Below are positions 1 to 10,469 of a stretch of 64,000 nt of DNA, one piece after another (position 1 is the stretch's first letter; each line of letters begins with the position of its first letter). The notes under the pieces are model-generated. The model was given only the letters and a program-made list of their open reading frames with translations, was not told the DNA's origin and did not search any database. The stretch is from Nitrospirota bacterium (GTDB lineage: Bacteria; Nitrospirota; UBA9217), in the NCBI GenBank assembly GCA_963751455.1, contig CAVVUN010000003.1, positions 288,001-352,000 of the forward strand. The letters run 5' to 3'. The translations under genes and the position numbers were made by a program.

Positions 1-329
1 GAGGAGGCCAGTATATCGAGGCAGGCTCCGGCTCCTCTTCTGTTCTTCAGTTCGGGATGGCTAATGCCGTGATGGGTTCGGATTGTGTGCTTAACCCGAA
101 TGCCGGGTATGCTGCGCTCAATGAAATCGCAAGCTCTACCTCGGATATGGTGCTTGCAACCGCGCTTATTTTCTTCCATTCCTCTTGCGACGGCACTGCA
201 AAAGTTTCGGCAGCCGCGGGCAATTATTACCGGGCTAACGGCGAGTCGATCCCTCTGAATTTGAACGGTCCGTAAGTCCGGATATCTTAACGTTCGTGGT
301 GAAAGGGCGATCTGAAAGGTTTGCTCTGA

Positions 330-1352
330 TCATTCGAAGTAATTGAGGTAATCCAGCGCATCGCCGGACCCGGCAGCAAGGCAGGTAAGGGGGTCGCTGA
401 CTTTACGGAAGGGGAACATCAGTTCTTGTTCAAGACGCAGGTCGAGGTTGGGCAACAACACGCCGCCGCCCGCAAGAGCGATCCCGCTATCGAGTATGTC
501 CACGCTTTCCCGGGGGGACAGGGCCTGGAGAAACGCCTTGATTGACGTTATTATAAGTCGGATCTTCTTTGAAAGGACCTCTCGGATCTCCTCGCCGGAA
601 ACCTGCGCCGAGCCGCGCGTTCGATCTGCAATGTCGTATCCCTCCACCCGGATGCTCTTGTTCAGTTTGACCGGATAGGCATCGCCTATGCTGATCTTGA
701 CCCGTTCCGCAGCATGATCGCCGATATTGAGGTTGTAGCGTTCCCTGAGATAGCCTGCTATGGCCCGGTCCATGTGTTCGCCGCCTATGGGCAGTGAACA
801 GGCGCGGACGACTTTTCCGCCGGCAAGGACCGCCATTTCGGTGGTATCTCCGCCGATATCAACGACCATGTTGGCTCTTTCGTCCGACAAGTCCAACCCG
901 GCGCCGATCGCAAGGGCATGCGGCTCTTCCATCAAGTAGACTTCTTTCGCACCCGCTGACTCGAGCAGTTTACGGATCGTAGCTTTTTGCTGATCAGAAG
1001 CCGTGCAAGGCACATTTGCGAGCACCCTGAGCGACCTTGGAAACCATGGCCTTATTGGTTCAAGGTACTGCATCAGCATTTCCCTGGCAGCCTCGAAATC
1101 TACAATCGCGCCGTGCCGGACGGGCTTTTGCAGCGTGACCTGGCCGAAATACGGTTCGAGCAGCAGCTTTTTGACAGCTGAACCGGTAAGGACATGGCTC
1201 GTACCGTAAAGCGTTCGCTTAACGGCAATCACGGAAGGTTCATTAACGACGATGCCGCTTCCTTTCCTGAATATGACCGTATTCGTGCTTCCGAGGTCTA
1301 TCGCAAGATCATAAGCAAATTTTTTGGTGATTTTATGCAGAAAAGGCGGCAT
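330..1352 (-). CDS. MreB/Mbl-like actin ATPase (divergent stand-alone paralog)
   Basis: AIDLGSTNT, NEPSVIA, EEPHALAIGAGL, VVDIGGDTTE and LAGGG motifs of the MreB family. Start could be 1352 or 1382. Confidence 0.85.
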   Translation of the reverse strand: MPPFLHKITKKFAYDLAIDLGSTNTVIFRKGSGIVVNEPSVIAVKRTLYGTSHVLTGSAVKKLLLEPYFGQVTLQKPVRHGAIVDFEAAREMLMQYLEPIRPWFPRSLRVLANVPCTASDQQKATIRKLLESAGAKEVYLMEEPHALAIGAGLDLSDERANMVVDIGGDTTEMAVLAGGKVVRACSLPIGGEHMDRAIAGYLRERYNLNIGDHAAERVKISIGDAYPVKLNKSIRVEGYDIADRTRGSAQVSGEEIREVLSKKIRLIITSIKAFLQALSPRESVDILDSGIALAGGGVLLPNLDLRLEQELMFPFRKVSDPLTCLAAGSGDALDYLNYFE

Positions 1353-1572
1353 GTTTTTTTTTGAACACTGAAATTGTGACATACATTATCCGTCACCATG
1401 CTTCGATTTGCAAATAAAACTTCGCGCGGCGCTCCCTCGTCGTCTCTCAGTCGCTTCTCTGCCTGCATCCCGCGTTTAGCGAGATGGTACGACATACCAT
1501 TCCGCACATTCATTGGTTTCGCTCTTTTTCTTCCAATCCTTTATAGTAGGAGGTCTACCACATTAATCGGTA

Positions 1573-1601
1573 TTGACACTAAACGGTTGCCGTGATAATT
1601 T
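1573..1601 (+). promoter_or_regulatory. putative sigma70 promoter
   Basis: TTGACA at 1573 and a GATAAT/TAATTT -10-like element upstream of the 1668 ORF. Confidence 0.35.
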
Positions 1602-1667
1602 AGGGCCGTTATAGGCTTTCAAACTATCCGGCTGAGTATCGCGCTGATTCGAAGCAAGGGAATTACC

Positions 1668-3029
1668 ATGACCATGGAATGCTATAAGACGATCCGGGCG
1701 AACCTGTACGGAGGGCACTGGCAAAACCCGTTCTCACAGCTTCTGGAAGACCGTGCAGGAATACGCGGGCCGGTTCAAGGCACCCCTGAGGAATTCTCAC
1801 AGATATTATATGAATTGACGCAGGGCGAATTGAACAGGAAAAGCGCGAAAGTCACCTGCGAAGCCGTGGCAAATGGAAAAAAGAACATATTGAAGTTTAT
1901 GGACGGCTGTCTTTTCAACGTCATCAAGACAAAAGGCGGACTTGCCCAGGCGTTGATCGTCATTACGCCGTATGCGCCTTCGAGAGTCGATCTTTTCGAT
2001 TCTCATGAAATACCGCTTGCTCATCTGGTTTTTGAGGGCCTCAGAATAAACGAGGCGTACACGCAGGTTGCCTCCGAATACAGAAGAGAAGAACGAAAAC
2101 TGGAAGCGGAAAAAGCCGCTGAGGAGAGAAGGCTAAGCCGCGAGAGCAGCCTCGACAGGACGCTTACGACGATAGAAAAGGCCAAAAGCGGAGAAACGAT
2201 AATGATCCGGGGCATGCACAACATTGAGGCGCTTGCCGGGCTCGGCTTTGTCCGCAGCCTGGTGGACAATCCGGATAATTGGATCGATGCGGAGGACTTC
2301 CCCGGCATGCGGTACCGTCATGCAAAAAGCGGAATTGAAATGCTCCTGACAGGGCGCGAGAAGTTTCGGCCGATCGAGGAGCTCAACCGGCTTGAACTGT
2401 TCTTTTTCGTAAATAGAAGCGACGACGATCCTGCCTCATTCGTGAAGATGCAAAATAAATTCCGGGAAACAAACAGGGATGGGTCGCTGTATTCGGCCAA
2501 AGAGTTCCATGACGATCTGATAGCCATGGCAAAATATCCGGAAGAGCTCAAGGGCAGAACCGAAGCCGACCTGGGGCTTATGGCAGACGAGGTCGGAGTT
2601 GTTATTGACAGACGGCAGGAGCTGGACAAGGGGATTCTGCCGTATGACGCCGTTTTCAATCGGGACACACAGAGAATAATAGATTATATCTTGAAAAACA
2701 AGACCCCGGCTGCTGAAATAAGAAAGGCGCTTGACTACTTCGAATACACCGGTATGATCGACTCGCCGTACAAGGAAACACTGGATCAACGGATAAAAGC
2801 AGCGCTTGCCGCGGGGGCCGGGGGCAATACGAGTATTGAATCCCTGCTGTACGACAAGAGGGTAAAGGAGATTGTCGCCACAGTGCTGAAAAAATTAGCA
2901 GGGGAACAATTAACCCTGAAAATCGTAACCGTGGCGTTGGCGCCCTATGTAAATGAACTGGGATTCGGGAAACTCGTCAAGATCCGCGAGAGGATATTGC
3001 AGTTAAAGGAACTCGTTCGTACCCAATAA
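1668..3029 (+). CDS. hypothetical protein (453 aa)
   Basis: Long ORF with AAGGGA RBS-like sequence and a charged helical segment; no family recognised. Confidence 0.75.
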   Translation: MTMECYKTIRANLYGGHWQNPFSQLLEDRAGIRGPVQGTPEEFSQILYELTQGELNRKSAKVTCEAVANGKKNILKFMDGCLFNVIKTKGGLAQALIVITPYAPSRVDLFDSHEIPLAHLVFEGLRINEAYTQVASEYRREERKLEAEKAAEERRLSRESSLDRTLTTIEKAKSGETIMIRGMHNIEALAGLGFVRSLVDNPDNWIDAEDFPGMRYRHAKSGIEMLLTGREKFRPIEELNRLELFFFVNRSDDDPASFVKMQNKFRETNRDGSLYSAKEFHDDLIAMAKYPEELKGRTEADLGLMADEVGVVIDRRQELDKGILPYDAVFNRDTQRIIDYILKNKTPAAEIRKALDYFEYTGMIDSPYKETLDQRIKAALAAGAGGNTSIESLLYDKRVKEIVATVLKKLAGEQLTLKIVTVALAPYVNELGFGKLVKIRERILQLKELVRTQ

Positions 3030-3246
3030 ATATAATCGGCCCTGCCGCCCCTCTTTTTAATGCTTCCCGGCGCTCCGGAAACGATTGCGGATCTTTTTTC
3101 AGTGATTTCCCGGATTAACAATTCTCTTCTTCCATTTAAAATGCCCTTTCGTTATAAACACCAAGCATCATAGGCCCGGCTCTTTTATGTTTCCTGATGC
3201 AAACGCCCTTTCTCAACAATGGCTGCTTCAATAATCCGACTGCCGC

Positions 3247-3648
3247 CTATGCCGCCTTTTTCTTCTTATCTCCGGTCCATTTGCGTATCGAGGCCATGAC
3301 CTTCGCCCGCATTTCGTGGGTAAAATCTTTGATCCCGTGCTTTTCCCTGGCATGCGCCGCTGCTCCCTCCGAGATCAGATCCTCGCTCATGGCTATATAC
3401 CGCCAGGTGCATTCCGCTCCCATATCGCAGTTGTATTCCCTCATCACGAGATCTGCTGCCCCCGCAGCGGCGTCTTTCGTGGGATAGGTGAACAGATTTT
3501 TAATCTTTCCGACCGTCTCGTTGTCAAGTGCCTGCACGCCGTGGACGTCACGTAAATGCAACGCGACCATATCGGCAAGCAGTTCCTCGGTAGCTATATG
3601 CTTCCAGGAACACTGGTAACCAAGGCTGGAACATTTGAATTCTCTCAT
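3247..3648 (-). CDS. tandem DUF1059-like small metal-binding protein
   Basis: Two repeats, FKCSSLGYQC...HLRDVH and YNCDMGAEC...HAREKH; AGGAGG RBS before the ATG at 3648. Confidence 0.8.
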   Translation of the reverse strand: MREFKCSSLGYQCSWKHIATEELLADMVALHLRDVHGVQALDNETVGKIKNLFTYPTKDAAAGAADLVMREYNCDMGAECTWRYIAMSEDLISEGAAAHAREKHGIKDFTHEMRAKVMASIRKWTGDKKKKAA

Positions 3649-3772
3649 TTCGCACCTCCTCGGGCGTCCTTTGTAATATAAAGGATGCACACCATCCTGT
3701 TTATAGTATAGCATTCAGGATTCTTTCAGGCTTTGGTACACTGGAGGGAAGTCAACATCCCGGGGCCTTGGG

Positions 3773-3895
3773 CTCGCGCAGAGTCGCGGAGACAGGCTTA
3801 AAATCATATGATGTTTCTAAAAAGTACTTAGTCTTAAACAAAGATAAAATATTGTCTTTTCGCTTTACCCTCCGGGCCTCCGCGTCTCCGCGTGA
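3773..3895. repeat. imperfect palindromic intergenic repeat (REP/MITE-like)
   Basis: CTCGCGCAGAGTCGCGGAG ... CTCCGCGTCTCCGCGTGA arms; a related arm occurs near 20875-20895. Confidence 0.5.
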
Positions 3896-3984
3896 AATAG
3901 ATCCGGCTTTTTAGAGGAAACGTGATAACCATCGGCGGCCTTGAAAAAAAGGTTTCGGAGACTGAACGAGCATGAAGCAAAACG

Positions 3985-4014
3985 GAAAAGGCGGTGATCG
4001 CTCACCGCCTTTTC
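3985..4014 (-). terminator. intrinsic terminator hairpin
   Basis: GAAAAGGCGGTGA-TCGC-TCACCGCCTTTTC with A/T tails, downstream of the 4047..4364 gene. Confidence 0.75.
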
Positions 4015-4046
4015 TGTTTCCATCACTTCGGACTACCCATTCCTTC

Positions 4047-4364
4047 TTACGCGGTCTCTCCAGCTTGTTTCCTCTGCCTGAGCGCGGACGGGAGCGATAC
4101 TACATAACCAATTGCCGTACCTCCCAGAGAGCCTACCACGATGCTCACCGCGGCTGCGCAGGTAATCCCGACGCCGATTCCCATTACGATCGCGGCCCTC
4201 ACGAAGAGAGTCGGTTCTACGGTTCCGCCCATCAGTTTCTGGAGCAGTATCAAGGTCCCGAAGCTGCCGAAGTAGAATCCCGGTACGATTCCCGCTATTA
4301 CGAATACCAGCCCGCCTGCTATTGCACCGATCTTCATTCCTGCTTTTATTGTCTCGTTTTTCAT
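4047..4364 (-). CDS. small Gly-rich membrane protein
   Basis: Hydrophobic Gly-rich helices; AGGAGA RBS; resembles its upstream neighbour (GIVPG vs GLLPG). Confidence 0.8.
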   Translation of the reverse strand: MKNETIKAGMKIGAIAGGLVFVIAGIVPGFYFGSFGTLILLQKLMGGTVEPTLFVRAAIVMGIGVGITCAAAVSIVVGSLGGTAIGYVVSLPSALRQRKQAGETA

Positions 4365-4421
4365 GGCGATCTCCTTTTTAGATCAAATTTTATTAATAGC
4401 GAATTGCGGTTTTTATCGAAT

Positions 4422-4742
4422 TCATCTGCTCCCTGCAAGCATCTTATTGTCGTGGGTCACCTGCACCAGGGCATCTGCAGCATATCCCATGAGCCAGCCG
4501 GCAGTTGACGCCGCTGTAAGGATCGCGATTCCTGATACCAGAACTCCCGCGAGCATGGACACTAGTACGATACCGCGCGCGATAAGGCCGGACTCAAGAG
4601 GAAGGCCGAACAGCATACCGGAAAAACTTAATCCCGCTGCGCCTCCGAGCAAGCTGCCCGGCAAAAGTCCGAAGAGTGTGAACGCCACCAACCCTGCACC
4701 TGCTCCCATGTATGCCGCTTTTCTTGTCATTGTGGTCTTCAT
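4422..4742 (-). CDS. small Gly-rich membrane protein
   Basis: Hydrophobic Gly-rich helices; AGGAGA RBS. Confidence 0.8.
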   Translation of the reverse strand: MKTTMTRKAAYMGAGAGLVAFTLFGLLPGSLLGGAAGLSFSGMLFGLPLESGLIARGIVLVSMLAGVLVSGIAILTAASTAGWLMGYAADALVQVTHDNKMLAGSR

Positions 4743-4780
4743 TGTAGTTCTCCTTTGCGTTCGTTCTTTGCGTGGTATAT

Positions 4781-4796
4781 TGCATCGCGCATGCCA
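4781..4796 (-). promoter_or_regulatory. sigma54 (-24/-12) promoter
   Basis: Minus strand reads TGGCATGCGCGATGCA (GG-N10-GC), about 40 bp upstream of the ATG at 4742. Confidence 0.7.
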
Positions 4797-5059
4797 AAGT
4801 CTAAGTTCTTGATTTTGCGGAGCTGCGGCTGGTTACGGCGTTTGCAAGAGTGAGAAACAAGGTCGTGATGTTACAGGAATGCAAAGAAACGTCCGCAGGT
4901 ATGCTGATACGGGATCAGGATACAGGAATACGGATATACCAAACCATAAGTACCTTTTTTCTGTGCACCATTCCCGCCGATAAAAAGAAAATAGCCGACT
5001 TATTCACGAAACAAGTCACCGGGCTCGCACATCAAGTAATAGGGTCTGCTTCCTGGTTT

Positions 5060-5345
5060 TCAGTTCAGCAGGTCTTTTACCATGCCGCTTACCAGCCGTG
5101 CGATTGCCGGAGCAGCAGTAAGGCCCGGGGATTCGATGCCGATGAGATTGATCAGGCCCGGAATGTTGTTTCTGGTTTCGTCCGTGATCACGAAATCTCT
5201 CACCGGCTCCCCGGGCCCCTGGAGCTTCGGCCTGACACGGCCATTTCAGGCCGGAAGGCATCCTTTTCGAGTCCTCTGATGATCCTGTTGGCAGCCTCGA
5301 AAAAAAGGTTCCCTTTGGCGGGGTCCACTGAATACGCGATAGCGT
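5060..5345 (-). pseudogene. 3' remnant of an L-2-hydroxyglutarate oxidase-like FAD oxidoreductase
   Basis: YSVDPAK...FRPEMA, a frameshift, then VRPKLQGPGEPVRDFVI...GLINLIGIESPGLTAAPAIA; 5' part absent. Confidence 0.7.
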
Positions 5346-5698
5346 CTGCCCCGTTGCGTTGCATAACCGTGCACGGCAGCCATTTTTTTTGTACTGTCCA
5401 TTTTTAGACTGTTTATCCGTTAATAGCAGGTTTTCCGACACCACAGCGGACATCAAATTGCGCAACTACCTGTATTACAAGAAGTTCAGTTATGGAACAA
5501 AATTTGCTAGATAAAGAATATATTTTATAAAAAAAACATATACATACCCTGAAAATACCCCGGCACGGCGGTCGAGCACTCGGGTATTATTGAACTGCTT
5601 CATGGGGCAGTTCGGAATTGTCAGTGGCTCATTCCCCATAGCAAGCTGCGGCGAAGTCGACTTTACTTGCCGGGCGTGCGTATAAGGAGGAACAGAAA

Positions 5699-7738
5699 AT
5701 GACCAGCGCGAAGAGGACCCGGAAGGTAAAATCGAGCGGTTGCGCGGAGCTGAAAAAAAGACTTGCTGAGATGGAGGCGCGGGCAAAACGCGCGGAGGCT
5801 GTCCTCACGTTCAGCGCTGCTCCAACGCTGCTGGTGGATAAGGAGCTGACCATCACTGCCATAAACGATACGGCCCTCCACGCAATGGGGTTCAATCGCG
5901 ACGAAGTCGTCGGCAAAATGAACTGCTCGGATTTTGCGAAGACTCCCTTATGCGGAACGGAGAACTGCACGCTCAGAAACTGCATTCGTTCCGGCCGGAC
6001 GATCACAGCAGAGACGATCGCCGAGACCAGGGAGGGCCGGAAGTTTCCTATCAAGGCAGCGTGTTCTCCCCTCAGGGACGAACAGGGCAACATTTATGGA
6101 GGCATGGAGGTGATCATCGATCAAACGGACGTTGTCCGCGCACAGCGGCAGATAGAAAATATCCTCAAATCGATTGCCGCTCCCATGTTCGTTACCGACG
6201 CGGATTTGACCATTACCTCCATAAATGAGGCTGCGCTCAAAGCCATGGGATACCGGAGGGAAGAGGTTCTCGGCAAAATGACCTGTGCCGATTTTTGCAG
6301 AACTCCGCTGTGCGGGACAGACAAATGCACCATTAAAAACTGTTTTCGAACCGGGCAAGCCATCATCGGCGAGACCGTTGCAGAGGCAAAGGACGGCCGG
6401 AAAATTCCTATACAGGCTGCCTGTTCCTCGCTATTCGACGAGCACGGCAAACCCTACGGCGGTATGGAAGTCATCATCGACATTACCGAAGTAAAACGTC
6501 TGCAGCGCGAAGCGGATGAACAGCGAACCTACCTGGAGCGCCAGGTCGGCATACTGGTTGAAAAGCTCGAGGCCTTCAGCAAGGGCGATCTCTCCATGGA
6601 AATTGTGGCGGAACGCAAGGACGAGATGGGCCGGATCGTCGACAGCCTGAACCATGTTCTTCAGAACCTGAGAGGTCTTGCCCGGGCCGCAGAAATAATC
6701 AGCCGCGGAGATTTGACAGGCAACGTCAGCGTGCTTTCGGACAAGGACACGCTCGGGAAATCCCTCTCGGCCATGATCGAAAAACTCCGGACGGTCGTTT
6801 CAGATGTGAAATATGCGGCGGATAATGTTGCTGCCGGCAGCGAGCAGATGAATGCCGGGTCCGAGCAGCTGTCCCAGGGCGCCACAGAACAGGCGGCATC
6901 CGCGGAGGAGGCGTCGGCCTCAATAGAAGAGATGCATGCGACAATACGGCAAAACGCGGACAATGCGCAGCAAACGGAAAAGATCGCGCTTAAATCAGCG
7001 GTCTACGCCGAGGAGAGCGGAAAGGCGGTCTCGGAAGCAGTTGTGGCAATGAAGGACATCGTCGGGAAAATATCGATTATCGAAGAAATTGCCCGTCAGA
7101 CGAATTTGCTTGCGCTCAATGCCGCTATCGAAGCGGCCCGGGCCGGCGAGCATGGGAAGGGCTTTGCCGTTGTGGCCGCGGAAGTGAGAAAACTTGCAGA
7201 GCGGAGCCAGACGGCCTCGGGGGAGATCAGCACGTTATCGTTATCCAGCGTCCAGGTCGCCGAACGCGCCGGGACGATGCTTACACGGCTGGTACCCGAT
7301 ATTCAGAAGACGGCCGAACTGGTGCAGGAAATCAACGCTGCCAGCAAGGAACAGTCGAACGGAGCAGCCCAGATCAGTGAAGCAGTCGTGCAATTGAACC
7401 AGGTGATCCAGCAGAATGCCGGCGCTGCGGAAGAGATGTCCACGACCGCGGAACAGCTTTCCTCCCAGGCTGAACAACTTCTGGACACGGTATCATTCTT
7501 TACAACGGTTGAAAACGAACATGAATCTCCGGATAACAGGCCGCGGTTATTAAATGATAACACTATCCGGTACGGGAAAACGCCTGAAAGTCCGCGCCGG
7601 CTTTCGCAAAAAAAACCCATCAAGCCGCTTCAGCCCGCTCCCTCTCGCCGTACAGCAGGCGTTTCCCTGCGCATGGCTGATGACAGCGACTCCAATGGAA
7701 ATGGTGATAAAAAAGACCCTGATTACGAGCGGTATTAA
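5699..7738 (+). CDS. soluble methyl-accepting chemotaxis protein with two Cys-rich PAS domains and HAMP
   Basis: [43 protein letters not shown] signature; duplicated PAS; no TM helix; AAGGAGG RBS. Confidence 0.95.
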   Translation: MTSAKRTRKVKSSGCAELKKRLAEMEARAKRAEAVLTFSAAPTLLVDKELTITAINDTALHAMGFNRDEVVGKMNCSDFAKTPLCGTENCTLRNCIRSGRTITAETIAETREGRKFPIKAACSPLRDEQGNIYGGMEVIIDQTDVVRAQRQIENILKSIAAPMFVTDADLTITSINEAALKAMGYRREEVLGKMTCADFCRTPLCGTDKCTIKNCFRTGQAIIGETVAEAKDGRKIPIQAACSSLFDEHGKPYGGMEVIIDITEVKRLQREADEQRTYLERQVGILVEKLEAFSKGDLSMEIVAERKDEMGRIVDSLNHVLQNLRGLARAAEIISRGDLTGNVSVLSDKDTLGKSLSAMIEKLRTVVSDVKYAADNVAAGSEQMNAGSEQLSQGATEQAASAEEASASIEEMHATIRQNADNAQQTEKIALKSAVYAEESGKAVSEAVVAMKDIVGKISIIEEIARQTNLLALNAAIEAARAGEHGKGFAVVAAEVRKLAERSQTASGEISTLSLSSVQVAERAGTMLTRLVPDIQKTAELVQEINAASKEQSNGAAQISEAVVQLNQVIQQNAGAAEEMSTTAEQLSSQAEQLLDTVSFFTTVENEHESPDNRPRLLNDNTIRYGKTPESPRRLSQKKPIKPLQPAPSRRTAGVSLRMADDSDSNGNGDKKDPDYERY

Positions 7739-8057
7739 AACTGCTGAAACAAAAATCTAACGACAGATCTTTACTGTGTTACGTCGTGACCATCTCACCT
7801 GCGGGAAGCTCTTTTCGTTCTACGCTCCATCCCGGTAATTGGGTGCCGCGTCCAAGCTCCGTCATCCCCCTTACGTGCGTTTCTTTACGCCTGAGATAAC
7901 GCTCAACCCGTTATCCTTGCGGGGCAGAACGGGAACTCCGGCAGCTCACAGCTGCAATGCAGGGCATTCCGAATTAAACAGCTCATATGGCAGCATCAAT
8001 ACTTGACACATCACCAGATACACGGCATACTAAGCGAAGAAGCATACGGAGGACCCT

Positions 8058-8531
8058 ATGCAACGTATCATGGCAACCGCGCTGTTCATTCTGGCAATGT
8101 CGGCTCAGACCGTACAAGCCGGAGAAATCCGCGAAATAGAACTGAACGACGGCAGCATTATTACCGGAGAGGTGCTGTCATTGACCAACGGTATATACAC
8201 GATAAAATCCCAGACTCTGGGTACGGTGCGCATCGAGGAAGCGAAGATACGGGCACTCCGGTCACGGACGCCGGCTTCCCCCGGTCCTCAGTCGAACAGC
8301 GGCGCATCAACGCAGCCGGGACCGCTCATGGATAAAATGATGAGCAGCGCAGAGATCATGACCCTGATCCGGGGGCTGCAGGACGATCCGGACTTCACGA
8401 AAATCCTCGCGGACCCGGACATCATGCAGGCGGTCAAAAATAATGATGTCGCGACACTGCTATCCAAACCTGAATTCATGAAACTCCTGGACAAATCCTC
8501 TGTTCGAAATATCCAGGATAAGGTCAAATAG
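8058..8531 (+). CDS. exported hypothetical protein
   Basis: Signal peptide ending VQA, IELNDGSIITGEV motif, GGAG RBS. Confidence 0.8.
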   Translation: MQRIMATALFILAMSAQTVQAGEIREIELNDGSIITGEVLSLTNGIYTIKSQTLGTVRIEEAKIRALRSRTPASPGPQSNSGASTQPGPLMDKMMSSAEIMTLIRGLQDDPDFTKILADPDIMQAVKNNDVATLLSKPEFMKLLDKSSVRNIQDKVK

Positions 8532-8549
8532 GGAACCTCTTTCCGGCAG

Positions 8550-8960
8550 ATGCAATTACGAAAACTACAATTCAAAGCCGTTCTTTTGGGAGTTCTTACT
8601 GATACGATCGGCACGCTGGCCATTGCAACCGTGTTAATCTTTGCGATGGCGGCAGCCGGGCTTCCGGGGGATGAAATTACCGCTCGCATGCGGGGCTTCA
8701 GCGGTCTTATGCTGATGCTGATCTTCGGCCTGGGCTTTACGCTCACTGGCGGCTATGTCGCCGGACGTATTGCCCGGCAATCCGAGATCCTGCACGGAGC
8801 GGCCGTTGCGGGAATAGGTCTGGTCCTGGGTCTTTTATTCCGGGAAACGGGCCTGCCTCTCTGGTATGAAATAATCAGCTTCGCTGCAATGGTCCCGATC
8901 GGCATGGCGGGCGGTTATATTGCACGAGAAGGAAACGTGAAAAGTTCAAGTATGAAGTAA
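8550..8960 (+). CDS. hypothetical membrane protein (about 4 TM)
   Basis: Hydrophobic helices and a GGYVAGRIA...HG motif. Confidence 0.75.
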   Translation: MQLRKLQFKAVLLGVLTDTIGTLAIATVLIFAMAAAGLPGDEITARMRGFSGLMLMLIFGLGFTLTGGYVAGRIARQSEILHGAAVAGIGLVLGLLFRETGLPLWYEIISFAAMVPIGMAGGYIAREGNVKSSSMK

Positions 8961-9058
8961 GAAGTTTGAACATGAAACATGAGCATCTTTTTCCTAATTT
9001 CTACATTCTGCCTTCCTACTTCTACCCTGTTTCCCACGAGCTTTTCTGCTGATCCTGC

Positions 9059-9583
9059 TCAGCGTGCATATACGAGCTGCACTAAACCTCTTTCAAACCG
9101 TTTTACATCCTGAAGCGAGAAGGAAAGCCGTGTCTGCATATTGTCGAACAGACGAATGCCCTGGCCCAAAAGCACCGGGACCAGCGTAAGAAAGATTTCG
9201 TCGACAAGTCCCCGATTGATAAACTGCTGCGCAACGTTTGCGCCTCCTTCTATCCATACGTCCTTTCGTCCCGCTTTGTCTTTTGCCGATTTGAGCACCT
9301 CTGCAATATCACCGCGGGTGAATACCGCATCCGGACGCGCCGGTTTTCGGGCCGGAAGATCTTTGGACATGATAAACAGAGGCACCGGATGGGCATTTTC
9401 CCAGCCGCTTTTGATTTCAATGTCGTAGGTTCTTCTTCCCTCGATGATGGCCCCTATTTTCGAAAAAAAAGCATCATAGCCATAATCGACGTTCTGATAA
9501 GGGTCCAACCAGGAGAGGTCGTCTTCTTTTCCGGCTATATACCCGTCAAGCGATATCGCGATATAAAGAATCGTTTTCTGCAC
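9059..9583 (-). CDS. dihydrofolate reductase / RibD C-terminal family protein
   Basis: YIAISLDGYIA, GRRTY, VWIEGGA and GLVDE...PVLLGQGIRLF motifs. Confidence 0.9.
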   Translation of the reverse strand: MQKTILYIAISLDGYIAGKEDDLSWLDPYQNVDYGYDAFFSKIGAIIEGRRTYDIEIKSGWENAHPVPLFIMSKDLPARKPARPDAVFTRGDIAEVLKSAKDKAGRKDVWIEGGANVAQQFINRGLVDEIFLTLVPVLLGQGIRLFDNMQTRLSFSLQDVKRFERGLVQLVYAR

Positions 9584-9640
9584 AGGTTTATTTTCCTGGA
9601 ATAAAGGCGCACCGGGCCGGTGCAGCCTTGCTGCTGGATG

Positions 9641-10300
9641 TTAATCGAAATCTGACCAGTCGTGCGGACTCTGCCGCAGTTGTTTGAGTTTTTCGAGCTG
9701 CTCCTTGTTCAGCACATCTCGCGCGCGGTTCATTGCGTCCAGCTTTGCTTCGATCATCTGTCTTCGCACATCGAAGATCTTGGCATAGACTGCCCCGATT
9801 TTTTTCGGGTCCGGCCTGTCTGCCGAGTAGAGATCATTCAACTGCGATTCGGCATCGAACGTATTACCTTTCAACGTCCAGAGCTGCTTACGTAAATCGA
9901 GCTCTATCTTGTAGATCCGTGTCCGCTGGTCAACGTTCAGGTCGAGCATCCGCAGCGGACCCGGGAACATCATTCCGTCTCCTCCTCCGTGCCCGCCCAT
10001 CATGCCCTTTCCATGATGTTCCATACAGCTTCCGTCCTGACCGCCTCCCATGCCTTTTCCATGGGATTCCATGCAGCATCCGTGCACAGCGCCGCCCGTC
10101 CCCATACCCGTATCGCCCCCCATGCCCTGCTCCTGCATCATGTCCATATGATGAGGATCCACAGGCTCCTGAGGGCTTTGCTGCTGCGCCGATACAGACA
10201 GCGGCAGGACAGCAAGAATCAGCGCCGCTGCCATGCTTAATGCCAGGGTATGCATAAGAAACCTCCTTCTGCTTGCTCGTTGTTGAAATATTTCTTTCAC
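9641..10300 (-). CDS. Spy/CpxP/ZraP-like periplasmic protein with His/Met/Cys-rich linker
   Basis: Signal peptide, GM/H-rich repeats, LDLNVDQRTRI...VLNKEQ (LTxxQ-like) motifs. Confidence 0.75.
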   Translation of the reverse strand: MKEIFQQRASRRRFLMHTLALSMAAALILAVLPLSVSAQQQSPQEPVDPHHMDMMQEQGMGGDTGMGTGGAVHGCCMESHGKGMGGGQDGSCMEHHGKGMMGGHGGGDGMMFPGPLRMLDLNVDQRTRIYKIELDLRKQLWTLKGNTFDAESQLNDLYSADRPDPKKIGAVYAKIFDVRRQMIEAKLDAMNRARDVLNKEQLEKLKQLRQSPHDWSDFD

Positions 10301-10469
10301 TGTCGCAATTCAGCACCTGTTTTAAATATAGTGGGACGTTCCCGGTTGTCAACCAGCGGGCCTGGCGAGAAAGGATTACGCCCCCAAAAAACTTGCATTA
10401 GCAGCTGACCTGTTGTAAGCTTGCTGCTCAGAACGAGCGGTTTTTCGAAGGAACTGCGGGCAGATTGAC

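Noticed and set aside
1-330. Possible gene at the left edge
   Set aside because: No frame gives a recognisable protein
7780-7990. Hairpin-rich intergenic stretch as a riboswitch
   Set aside because: Only short local hairpins; no recognisable consensus
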